Source of the DNA: Epiperipatus broadwayi
Lineage: Eukaryota; Animalia; Onychophora
Reading direction: 5' to 3'
DNA: 64,000 bases
Assembly (NCBI GenBank): GCA_028023455.1
Contig: JAQFVV010000005.1
Coordinates: forward strand, 7,006,001-7,070,000
The position numbers and the translations under genes were made by a program. The notes under the pieces were generated by a model, which worked only from the letters and a program-made list of their open reading frames with translations, made no database searches and had not been told where the DNA came from. This document shows positions 1 through 11,600 of this stretch, one piece after another. Each line of letters begins with the position of its first letter. The stretch's first letter is position 1.

Positions 1-551
1 TATGTCCTGTCTCCAATCTGTGCATATATATTGGTGAGTTCCTATCATATTTATGCTGTATCAATCTCCTATAAATTGAATTCTTAGTTTCTCCCACATA
101 ATTCATAACTTCTTTATTTTTAACTTTACAATCCTTACAATTAATTTCATAAACGTCATTAACTTTATTATATTGTTTTATTTAAACATTCATATTCTCT
201 AATGTTCCTATTCTTTCTTTTTTTACTAACTATTTTTACTTTCAATACTTCAGTAAACTTTTTATTAATTTTGTTTATAATCCTATTTAAATTTTTAACT
301 ATATAATTATTTCCTGTTTTTAAACCTACATAAGCTGTTTCTTTTTTAGTCATCTTTCTTTATATTTATCCTTCATCTTCTTTTCTATTTTTTTAATATT
401 ATTATTCACAAACTTTTCTGGATATTCATAACTAATTAATTCTTCTTTAATTAACTTTTGTTGCTTAATATACTCATCTTCATCCAAACAATAATTTATT
501 GTCCTATAAATTCTAAAATATATTGTACTTCTCTTATATTTTATATCTATA
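1..551 (-). mobile_element. Penelope-like element fragment (thumb/linker + GIY-YIG endonuclease), runs off the window edge
   Basis: Minus-strand translation of ~1-150 gives VYEINCKDCKVKNKEVMNYVGETKNSIYRRLIQHKYDRNSPIYMHRLETGH (PLE GIY-YIG pattern VYxIxCxxC...YVGET...H). 400-530 gives IYFRIYRTINYCLDEDEYIKQQKLIKEELISYEYPEKFCE (PLE thumb-like). Frameshifts and stops are present. Confidence 0.8.
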
Positions 552-659
552 TTTTTTTTTCCATGTCATAGTATTGGCTGGGAAGCGAACCCGCAACAAT
601 TGTCTGCAACCAACTGCTTGCTTGCAAGGCGGCTGCACTGATCTCTCTGCTAACAACAC
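552..659 (-). mobile_element. Short tRNA-derived SINE, copy 1
   Basis: Minus strand reads GTGTTGTTAGCAGAGAG...CCGCCTTGCAAGCAAG...GCGGGTTCGCTTCCC...ATGG-poly(A), with A-box-like and B-box-like motifs. Homologous to 22591-22700 and 24292-24405. Confidence 0.7.
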
Positions 660-669
660 TTGACTTTTA

Positions 670-755
670 AGAGGAAAATGATAGAATAGTATATTTAGAT
701 ATAGAATTAAAGAAATATTATAAGGGAGTGAAATGTAAGACAAAAATATCAATAT
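670..755 (+). mobile_element. Penelope-like RT C-terminal fragment
   Basis: Translates EENDRIVYLDIELK, resembling the PLE RT motif (EENNSLPFLDV-type). Clearly homologous in nucleotide sequence to the reverse complement of ~4135-4220. Confidence 0.6.
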
Positions 756-3700
756 TGTGCCATTACAATTTGGTCACTAGCCAAATTTATAGTAATGTGC
801 ATGTAGAAAAGGTAAAACAAAATCATCATCACATTTTTATATAACCATAAAAGAAGCTGTAGGGTATCCAAGTTCAAACCCTACCAGATCAAAATCTTAA
901 ATGCTTTAGACAGAAAGAGTGGGACAACAATTATATGCCTTACTTGTTTGTGTGTTAATAAATCTCAAAAAGAGCAGTACACACATTTAATATTTAAAAT
1001 TTTAATTTTTCTTTAAAAAGCAAAGTTATAATGCATACGTATAGGCAGTGTATGTGTAAGCTATTTAATTGTTTTATATTTCAAATATTAAACATTTTAA
1101 CTTTCTTTAAAACTAACTTATGCTTGATCAATTTTAATGTCTTATTCTATACTTCTATTTTGCTTCTCTATAATTGTAATTGGGATTTAAAAGTTTCAGA
1201 TTTAATTTTAAATAATAGGGTTATAATTACTAAGCTAGCAATTATATTATTTAATGTTAGTTTATGAATGATTTGAAAGAATGAAGGATGTGTGTACATT
1301 ACATACAGAAATTTACATTTACTAAATATTGAAAGAAAAGGAAGGATTAAATCTGTCAAATTATTTTTTTGTACAATTTTATGTTAAAAGAGGAAATCGG
1401 TTTAATCAGATATCTATCTTTGTAGCAATTTTTTTTTGTAAATAATTGTTTGTCACTTTGGGAGCTTAATTTGGGTGGGAACTCTAATTTTGAAATTGTC
1501 TTATCTCAAGATCTAAAGAAGGAAGCTCAAAGATTTGAAATGTTACCTGGATGTTAAAAAAAAGAGAAAAGAAAGGAAATAAGGATTAAGTCTATTTTTT
1601 TTTTAAACAAGTGTCTGGAAAAAGGATTAAACTTTTCAGTTGAAAAATAATTTAGTTGAAAATAAATTAGAGATCTAATTAAAACAAATTTGTCCAAAAA
1701 TAGCAAGTGACGCTATCTCTGATTGGTTAAGTTAACTAAAAATTGGATATAAAAAGTGTCTGGAATTATTATTTTGGTGATTATGATTCAGATTATTAAA
1801 CTATTAAATTGAATGTTGAAAATATAAGAAATGGCTGGCTAGAAAAATTATATGTATGTCCCATCTTTGCTGACCATCTGGAAAGCTGCACATCACATAG
1901 GAAAGAAAAGATGTGTCTAAAATAATATTCTACACCTTTCAACTGACCAGAGAAATAAGATGTTTTTAATAGAAGGAAGAAAGCATTCACCTGCATTCGA
2001 TAAAAGATGAATTAAGCTACTGATAAATATTAATCATCAAGTCCAATTAATTGTTACAACAACTGATTTTAAACTCAAGAAAATTTATAAATGTGAAAAC
2101 AACCACTGTATTTCATCCACTAAAAGAAACATGCTTGACAGGAAGAGAAGAAAAATTAATATAATGATTTCCAAATTGTCCACTAAAGCAAATAACCTCA
2201 ATAGAGTCACCATCATCAAATAGTTATACACCTCAGGAAAGAGATTGTTCCCACGTAAAACAGAAATGGTAGCTGCAGAAATATAGACATTATACAAGAC
2301 CAGTTTGAACCCTTGGAAATTCGCCACAAACAAAAGATCGGTAATATGACTTTTTATATCTATTTTCTTTATATCAGTCTTAATAAACATTTTAGCAATA
2401 AAGTGGTATATTTTATTTAAAGAACTTTTAAAGACTATTCAGATCGATTAAAAACAAGAATGTCTTACTAATAATAACTTTGAGCTTCATAAATGATCTT
2501 GAATGTATGAAAATTATTTGTTTATTAATTTTACAGTTATGAAAAATATTAATGTGTAAAACAATTTTTTTTATGGTATTATGATTTTAGTTTTAACTAA
2601 TATATTATTATTATTTTGGTTTTAAATAATATTTTGTTATTATGGGATAAAACACGCACATACATAATAATATTTTTATATGTGTATAATTGCGAGTGAA
2701 TGTGAAATAATGAGTAGTATTAGAATATTAGATTATTTTGTTTCAAGTTAAGTATAGCATTTCAGAGGTAGAAGAGCTTAAAACTTGCTCTTTCAATTCT
2801 ATTAACATTTTCTTTTAACAGTCTACTTACATGTTAGATTTATAAAGTATGTGTGCTAATGAGCAGATAATATTTTTTTTTTAAATACTTTTCTCATGGA
2901 GTGAAAATCATGGTCAATGTGACGTCCAACTTAATACAAAATACATTTGAAGGGAAAGGGGGAAGAACTTGAAATTAATTGAGGATTGATATATAATCAA
3001 TTATTATTATTATTATTATTCATGTCAATTTTCATGTTTATCTAGAAATTTTATGTATATGTTAGAAATGTAGTAATAAATATTAGTTTGTTTTATTAAA
3101 CGAGGCGTATATATTTCATTAAGTGTAGTCTTTGTTAAGTGTGATTATTCATCATCATCAATGGTTGAATATTAGTTATTTAAGATATAAGTAAATATGC
3201 TAAAATTAAGCAATAATTATGAATTTCTTTATAAAATTTAGTTTTATGTTTAGGCTTAGTTCTAGAGCTGTAGTTGAAACCCTTGTCATTATTGTTATTA
3301 TTATCATCATCATCATCGTCATCAACGTTTTAATTAATGAGCTGTTTAACTGTATAAAGGCCATAAATAAATATTGATTTTATAATATTTAGTGATCTCT
3401 TAGTATTATTATAACCACATCCCATCACCTATTTCATGCAAGGATGAGTGAATTGCCATCCTAAATTAGTTATATATAATCTGAGCTAGTAAACTTATAA
3501 AAATATTGAAACACATTTGTTATGCTAAGATCTAAGAAGTGATTTATGTCTAATATACTCCACTTTGGTTTAAAGATGTTTTACTTTTACCTAAATATTA
3601 GTGCGTATAGTGATATGGCTCAAAAAGCAAAATCTTCCATTTTTATTAGAAATAAAGTACCAAAAAAAGGGGATTCAAACCCGGTACATGTGAAAGGTTA

Positions 3701-4029
3701 TTAGATATAACCATGTCTAGATTCAGATAATCTAGTGGCGCCCTGCTAGACCATATTCACTTAGTATTTGTTTAAACATGCACTTAACATCAAACCAAGA
3801 AATGAAAGTGGATAAGATCTACTGCCTGTATACCTGAGTTATATTTTATTGAATTACTAGTGTACTCACCTCACGTGATTTCATATATCTGAGTTATAAT
3901 ACTTGTTATTAATAATTTGCTTATAATTCATGATAGTGTTTACTTGAGAAATCCAAGTTATTTTAAATATTATGATCTTATATATTGTAGACAACTCAGA
4001 TATGGTAATAATATCTTTTGAACTCATTT

Positions 4030-4285
4030 AAATATGTTACAATATATAAGAATAATATATATAATATTGCTAATTAATTTTTATATCTTTATTTGAAAAC
4101 CAATTAGCAATATTATATATATTCTTCTTCTTATATATTGATGTTTTTATCTTACATTTCACTTCCTTATAATATTTAATTCAATACCTAAATATACCAT
4201 TCTATCATTTTCCTCTTTTTCCACAGTAAATTTAATCCCTTCATCTATTTTATTAATTTCTTCAATAAATAAATCTATCTGCCTC
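4030..4285 (-). mobile_element. Penelope-like RT fragment
   Basis: Minus strand translates FIEEINKIDEGIKFTVEKEENDRMVYLGIELNI, the PLE RT C-terminal motif (LNxxxxxIKFTxExExxxxLxFLD). Confidence 0.75.
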
Positions 4286-4289
4286 TGTG

Positions 4290-4690
4290 ATAAAATAAAT
4301 GTAATATTTGAAGGATATAAAATAATAGCATGAGAATATAATAAAAACTATATAAGGGAAAAATAATAATTAAAAAATTAATATATATCACATGTATAGG
4401 AAAATTTTAGAGTTTTAATGAAAGGGAAGGGAAAAGATTAAAATGTTTAAGGGATTTATTTTATTTGTATTCATGTATTTAAAACAACATATAAGTATAC
4501 GTTTATGCATTTTTTATGAGTATATATGTATGGTTTTCTTATATAATTTGTATATTTTATGTAATTTGTATATATATTTTATAGTTCTGAAGAAGATTGC
4601 AGGGGCAATCGAAAACGTTGAGGTGAAGGATGTTATGTAAGCATTGTACAAAAAATAAAAATTTGATAAAAAAACGGATTAATTAATTAT
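4290..4690 (+). mobile_element. Penelope-like terminal repeat (pLTR) remnant, inverted relative to the adjacent RT fragment
   Basis: AT-rich UTR-like segment ending in an HHR motif followed by an AATAAA-containing tail. Same layout as 19630-20800. Confidence 0.55.
4582..4625 (+). ncRNA. Degenerate minimal type-I hammerhead ribozyme motif
   Basis: CTGAAGA (4587-4593), extra A, stem II GATTGC/GCAATC with loop AGGG, GAAA (4611-4614), palindromic AACGTT. Stem I and the cleavage-site nucleotide are decayed. Confidence 0.6.
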
Positions 4691-4884
4691 TTAAGGCAAT
4701 GCAAAAAAGGAAAAGATGAGTTTAAGTAATTTTAGTTTATTTATAAAAGTACCTAAAACTCATTTATCAGTTAATTGGTCATAGTAATGTAATTTTATCT
4801 GCAAATTTTAATGTTGAATTGTGAATTATCCTGACATTTTGTGTCTAAATATCACTATTTAATTAAATGAAAGCTCATTAGTAT

Positions 4885-6150
4885 ATAATGTAGCACTCTA
4901 TTTTAGTTGTCAATATTTCTTAAATTTATGTTAAATCTATAAATGTCTTGTAAGTTACTCAGACCATCTCATTTTTAATGTTAAAATAGATTTAAATTTT
5001 TAAGGACAGTCATAACTGCTTCTAAATGCTACAACCCAATAGTTGTATTGTACATGAAGTTCAGAAATGAATATAAAACATTAGATATGATAAAGATCAT
5101 GTTATCTTTTATAAATATTAGCATGTCCAAAAACAATCATTATGCACATAAAAAGTAAATCTTCCATTAATTACAATGAAGATTAGAATACAAAACCCAA
5201 TAAATTACAAAATTCCATTTCAAATATTTTGAGAAATAAGTAATTTTAAAATAATAGTACAAAGAAAGCAACTCATACTTAATAATTTTTATTAGTCATT
5301 CATTAGAATAAAGATTATTCATTTAATGAATTTTTCTGTAGTGTAATTAATTGCTTTTAACACCTTGTGGATGGGTGTAATCATAAATATGAGAAAAAAA
5401 TATTTAATTTGCAAGATGAACATTTTGTGATGAACCAGCACTCATCTCTTGACCCAAGTCACAATATCTTACACATATCTTCATCATTGCCATGTTATAT
5501 AGATAGCCAATTACTACAGTGTAATTAATAAGTGTCAAACTTTCTGCTCTCGCAGCTTGGACATTATTAGTCATTCATTGGATTAGAAATTATTCACTTA
5601 TGTAATATATTTGTAGTGTAATTTTCACTATACCTATCCTCAAGTAAAATAGGGAATGGTTTCTATCTTCATACAACACCATGTGGAAAGGAGTTATCAT
5701 AAACATATGACAAAAGACATAACAAAAAAATATATGATTACAAAGATGTAGGTTTTGTGCTGAAACAGTACTAATCAGTTGACTCAGATCACAATCTTTT
5801 ATATGTATGTTTATTATTGTCCAATATATAATGATACAAATTAATGGCTAAAAGTCAAACTTACTGCCTTCCCAACTTTGACACAAATCACATGATTGAA
5901 TTATATTAATAATTTCCCTAGGCATTCATTAGAATAAATTATTCAGTTTGTGAACAATATTTTTGTAGTGTAATCTTCACTACTCTCAAGCAAGCTAGAG
6001 AATGGTTTCTATCAGCTTTGAACATCTTGTGGTGAATTGTAATCATAAACATATGATCAAAACATGATAAGGATGTTTGATCCCCCAAGATGTACATTTA
6101 GTGCTAAACCAGCTCTCATCAATTGCTTCAGGTCACAATCCCTTCACATT
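4885..6150. repeat. Unclassified repeat with ~3 tandem diverged units of ~275-350 bp; also dispersed to ~45 kb
   Basis: Units start near 5291, 5566 and 5917 with ATTAGTCATTCATTAGAATA-like heads and shared TGTAATCATAAACATATGA-like blocks. 4885-5560 aligns by eye to 45037-45720 in the same orientation. Confidence 0.7.
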
Positions 6151-6989
6151 TGAATATGTATTCTTGCTACTCTGTTTGATATATTATCAATCTCCACATA
6201 TACTGTTATTCTAATTTTTATTATAATAAATACCATTTCATTTGGGCTTCCAATATTTGTGCATTTGCAGTAAAATATACATCCAGTTTTTAAATCAATT
6301 GTCCCATCTTCTCTTTAAACTTCTGAAAAAACAACAATATCCTATTAGATAGTTCTCCTTATTGATACAATCATTCTTCACTTGAAGGTGATATCCAGTT
6401 ACCTAAATAAAAGTTTGTCATTAATTATTAGCCTGGGTTCACAATCAAAAGATTCTTACTACCTCTGCCTTTAGTTGCCAATCTCTGACTTGGCTGGTGA
6501 CTTTACATCTTCCTGGGAATAAGGACCATCATTTCGTTTTGACTGTCATGATTATATCTATTTCAAAATATTCATTCACATACACACATTCATTCTGCCT
6601 TCTAGAAACGTAACTCATATTTCAGCTATAGATAAAAGAAATCCATATTTCCACAAGGCCTAACAGGTACACATGACTAAAAAAAAAAAAAAACATTGCA
6701 GATTATTTTATATTTCAGTATGAAATAAAAAAAATCATAAATACAGTAAACAGATTTGCATTACCAACAATATAATCATTTTATAATATAAACAAAAGCA
6801 AAAGACAATTGTTTGTATACATACATTATCTATTAAAACGAAATCACAAATAGAAATCATTAAACATCACATGATCACTATCTCATACTAGTACAATAAT
6901 TGTTATTAAACAATTCAAAACAATGGAGAGTGTTGTTTTGTTTTGAATTGTTTAAATAGAAACCATGTATTACTATCGTATTAAAATAG

Positions 6990-7200
6990 TAGGGAGTCAT
7001 TTCCATTTTGAAAAAAATACTGATTAATCAATCAAAAAATTAATTATAAAACATTAAATGAATAAATATTAGTTTATAAAAAAAATTAAATATAAAGTTA
7101 AAATTTACAGTTTAAAAATAAAAATGAATGGTTAAGAAACCGGGACAATTAATTATCCCGAAAGAATATGTCGGGAAAACGGGGATGTATGGACACCCTA
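6990..7200. mobile_element. Possible ~210-bp non-autonomous hAT (Blackjack-like) MITE
   Basis: Right end CGGGACAATT...TCCCG...CGGGGATGTATGGACACCCTA resembles TAGGGTGACCA-type termini with subterminal CGGGAC motifs. Left end TAGGGAGTCAT at 6990. No 8-bp TSD seen. Confidence 0.45.
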
Positions 7201-9214
7201 GCTATAGAACTATTAGGCAAACTGAGAAGAAAGACCATGGTGTTTCTTGATTTTAAATTGAAGAGTTAAAAAACCAGTAAAATGCTTACGTACATGTCAA
7301 TGAGCACCAACATCAAAAACAAAGAGGAGGACCTTAAGCCTAAATCTTCTTGCTTGGTATTTTAAAACTTCAAACAAAAATCATAGATTCTTCTTTTAAC
7401 TAATAGCAAGCCCCTTACTGCAGCCTACTGTCTACAATTTGGTATATTTTTGTTTCTTTAAATAACTTAATTAATTAACATTTTTGTATACTTTTCAAAT
7501 TTTACGTTATGCGGCTATTTAAAAATTATTCTAATTTAGTCACAAGAGGGCAAGACACGTTCGCAATATATATATATATTACCACTACCCTTGCTACGTA
7601 AATTTCTGCAAAGCATGAAATAAATAATTTTTATAGATGAGGTAAGATTTTATTAATATGTTATATTTTCTAGTGATGAACTACTATTTACCTTTTATGT
7701 ATGTTTGCATGAGTTTGTATGAATTTTTATTTGTAAATATGTCTCAACAACAATCTGATCTTATTTTTAAATGGACCTTAAATTAACTTTATAAAATGAA
7801 TAATTGAAATTATTGGTACTGTATTTTTTTTTTCAAAAAAACTTTTTAAATATTAATATATTGAAAAGTCTGTGATTTTGTGGCTTTTTACTTTTTATTT
7901 ATTAGATTTTCGCATTAAATATAATTTTAGCTAAGCCTTTGAACTGAAAACGTAATTGAATTTCTGAAAATAATGAATATTCATTGCACTAGATGGATAT
8001 TTTTTTTCTATTCATTAATTACAATAATTTGTAGTCATTTACTTTGATTTATGCTGGACTTATGAGAAAATTACGTGATTAAGTATGCTATTTCAACCAT
8101 TCAAATATCTAAGGCTTAAGGAATACTGTGTTTTAATGCTAATATATATACAGAAGTTGAACCGTGTATACGGGCACTTATGTATATTATAAAATATTAA
8201 AATTTGTAAAATACATGCAGACAGTAAATTGTTACTAATTTAGCCACAAACTGAATAGAAAATTATGCCAATTAGCGAAACTAAAAAAAAAGATGAACTT
8301 AGTCAGTTGCAAGTGAGCTGTGAGTTGAAAAGAACTGTCAAGTTGGGAGAAATGAAGTTTTCTCGAAAGAAAAAAAAGGCCATGCTAAGTTAAAGCTATA
8401 TTTACATTTTTAAATACTTTAAAAATGAAGAGTAAAATGACAGACAAGCGAAATCAGACATGACAGACTAATGTGAAATAAAACATTGTTTATTAGTTGT
8501 CTTTAAATGCAAAATAACTACAAGCCAAGGATGCTTAAGTTATAGACTTGGATGTATAAGAGTTAAGAAAATTTTAGTTACTGGATTGTATTATATATTT
8601 GTGTGAGAATGAAGTATTTCCACACACTATCATATTAGTAATTCTAATTCCAGTGTTTAGGGATAACTGTTATTATTTCTATTTGTTATTTTATTTATCA
8701 TTTTCATTGTTATTAATATTAAGATTCATAAGCTTGAATAAATAAACTTACTGAGTTATAAAAGTTGTTTTGTGTTAATATTTTGTTGTCATGCTGATAT
8801 GGCTGGTAATATGAAGAATGTTACTCTTGTCTACATATTAGAGGAGTGCAATCAACAATTGAACCTCTTTTTCCAGGAACCAAAATAATACAGGCCATAT
8901 ATATATATATTAGTTGTTCCTGGCCAATACAATGAAATGTTAAATTCATCACCTAGGAGAAAATAGAATTTTTTACACTGCCTTGATAAGGACTCGTAAG
9001 AGTGGAAAGCGCTGGGAAATATTATTTGTTATTATTTTATTTATTTATATTAAACTCTGTATTAACAATTGACACAAATTGTTATTTTATATTATATTTA
9101 TATTATATACAGAAGTATTATTTATTTATTTCTTTATATGTGCATTAATAATAAAATTGAAGATAAAGTCAAAGCTTCCATTCATGTTTTTTGTTAGTAA
9201 TGATGTTTTGCAAC

Positions 9215-9300
9215 TTGGTATTGAGAACATTGGCTAAACAATGTACATTTACAAAATATTATTTGGTATTGAGAATTTTGGCTAAATGATGTAGATTTAC
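9215..9300. repeat. Two diverged copies of a 48-bp-period repeat
   Basis: TTGGTATTGAGAACATTGGCTAAACAATGTACATTTAC versus TTGGTATTGAGAATTTTGGCTAAATGATGTAGATTTAC. Confidence 0.7.
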
Positions 9301-10159
9301 GGCTGATCTGGATGATATGCTATTAGATTAATTGTTTTATGGGATGTCAGACCACACCCTTACTATAAAAGGATGGCCATTTGGTCATAACCTTAACTGA
9401 AAGCAGAGGCCTTTTGATCATAAACCTAATTTAATACAACTACAATTTATACAGTGGTGACTCATTCTGAGATCAATCCCTAATACCTTAAATGAGGAAT
9501 GTTATCTACCAAATGGACACGAACATACGTAAATTATTAAACATTGAACAAACAATTGCACATATATAAATTCATATACATAAAATCCAATTTTCAATAA
9601 TTAAATATAAGTTTAACTATGACCGAATGAGGCTAATGGAAATTATTACATTGTTAACTACAGTTATTTGTGACTTAGACAATTTACATGTGTACGTGGT
9701 ATTTACATGATTATCATTATTTCTTTATTTTTTTTCTAATTATATAAAATTCTTAAGCTTAGCATACATATGTGATATATAATTATAATTTTTTTTAAAA
9801 AACATAATTTTGACAAGTAAAGAGAAATTATTACAATTTTATTTCTTTTTTTAAACTGACAGTTTCCTTCAAAATAGGATAACAAACATTATTTATTAAA
9901 TCCAAATTATTTAAAATAAAGTACAAATCATTCTTTAAATATAAGACTGGCAAAATAATTGTCATTTCTTTCTTTCTGACAAATATTAAAAGTCTATTTA
10001 GGGTTATAATATAGTCTTGTAACTTTTTAGTTGTCATTTAAATAAGCCTATTTCTTCATTTCAGTCGAAGGTATTCAGAGTATCATTCAAAGTGTTCCAG
10101 ATTAGATCTAGCTAATACTTAGTAGTGTTCCTTTTTATTTGCAAAGCATAACTTAATGT

Positions 10160-11600
10160 CCTGTGGGATTTGAATAAAATAATATCCCAATCTGGTCAAA
10201 AGGAAAAAAACTTAATTTTATAAGAACAAAAGTTACTTCTCTTTTTGCCCACCTATTTCATATCACTTTGTTCAGAAGGGGAAAAAAATTTTTTTTTTAT
10301 TAAAATGAATTATAGATTGTTCATTTCAATATATATAATACATATCAAAGGTTTGTTACAATTGAATTGTTTAAGTGACACTTTTGTGATTACAATTGTC
10401 TGAATATAGCATTTTGAAAACTCATGAAGCTAATCATTTCACAGTTTATCAGATTTTTAAGATTATCATGTACTTCATTTAAGAAATAATTTACATTTAA
10501 TTTTGAATATCTGATAATACTATTAAAAATTTCAGATTGACTTTAAACAATACTTTAAAATTTTTTTAAATGGCAGAAAACTTTTATTTTCTAGAATGTA
10601 CTGGTAATCAACAAATTAGTTCTGCTAGAGCATGTGTTGTATGTTAATTCTAATTATGTGACAGAATTTATTACATTCATTTACAGAATCAAGTTTCTAA
10701 TATAAGGCGTCTATCTAATTTATTGAAATGTCTATGAAAAAGCTTGTGACATTTCATAATTAAACAATAAAAAATTAAAGTGAATATTTAGCAGATCTAC
10801 AATTTAAAGATGAGCTTATAATGAATTGTATGGCTGCTAATTGATTTTATGTATATAGAAAGTTGAAAAACTAATGATGGAAATAATGATAGAAATATTA
10901 GACCCATAATTATAAATACATGATAGAGTTTACTTTAGTAAAATATTACTTGATGGTTATTTAACATTAGATTTAAAAAAGTTAATGAATATTTAGTTCA
11001 ACTTTATTTTATATTGAGGATAGTTATAGACAATTAGAAAACATAAAAGGCTTTGTAGGTGTGGATTTAGAAAAGAATGATAAGATACAAGTTGAAATTT
11101 TTGAGAATTAATGAAAAAAGTTATTAAGGAATCAATAAAAAGAGAGGAATTGATTGTTTATTTCATATAAAAAACATTTTTTTAAAATATGTTCAAAGAA
11201 ACTGATAAATATAAATGCTGGAAGAGAGAGAGATTGCATGGGAGGGAAAAACTAGAAGGTGGTGATCTAGTTTGAATGTGATAAATAGTTTTGAAGTGAG
11301 TCTAATCACATAATTACTTTTTTGAGTTGACTGTTTAAAGAATAGTTTAAAGAAATATCAAATTTTAATAATAATTATTTTTTATTATAATAGAAATTTT
11401 TGTTCTGCAATAAATTCTTAATATAGATAAATGGATTTCCAAGGGCAATTTTCTTCATTTATTCTTGAATCATCTTAAGCCTGGATAATTGTGGCCACTA
11501 GATGGTAAATTCTTATAATCTTCACATCCTCAGGGGTTATTTTCTTTTCATTAATAATGAACTAAATTAAATGGAAACTAATGCATTTATGCTTCTAGAA
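10160..11600 (+). pseudogene. Decayed paralogue of the 3' end and 3' flank of the zinc-finger gene
   Basis: 10364-10445 translates (stop plus frameshift) ELFK*HFCDYN..SEYSILKTHEANHFT versus EMFKCSLCDYKNAENNVLRSHEASHFT at 17232-17311. KIISQSG matches KIVSQNG. Downstream non-coding blocks match 17480-18290 (e.g. TTTTGAAGTGAGTYTAATYACATAATTA in both). Confidence 0.7.

Noticed and set aside
3400-3470. Weak resemblance to the RTE 3' tail on the minus strand
   Set aside because: Too short and divergent to support.
3560-3770. B-box-like GGGTTTGAATCC (minus strand) and GC-rich CTAGTGGCGCCCTGCTAG
   Set aside because: No A-box, cloverleaf or second copy is visible, so it cannot be called a tRNA or SINE.
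6170-6700. Possible minus-strand spliced transcript with a ~60-nt GT-AG intron (~6404-6461)
   Set aside because: Splice-like signals exist, but the joined frames hit stops quickly (e.g. MTVKRNDGPYSQEDVKSPAKSEIGN*) and no protein similarity is recognisable. It needs RNA evidence.
8290-8560. ACTACA/TTGGGAG-like motifs suggesting a bidirectional promoter
   Set aside because: These are short degenerate matches, expected by chance, and there is no transcript evidence.
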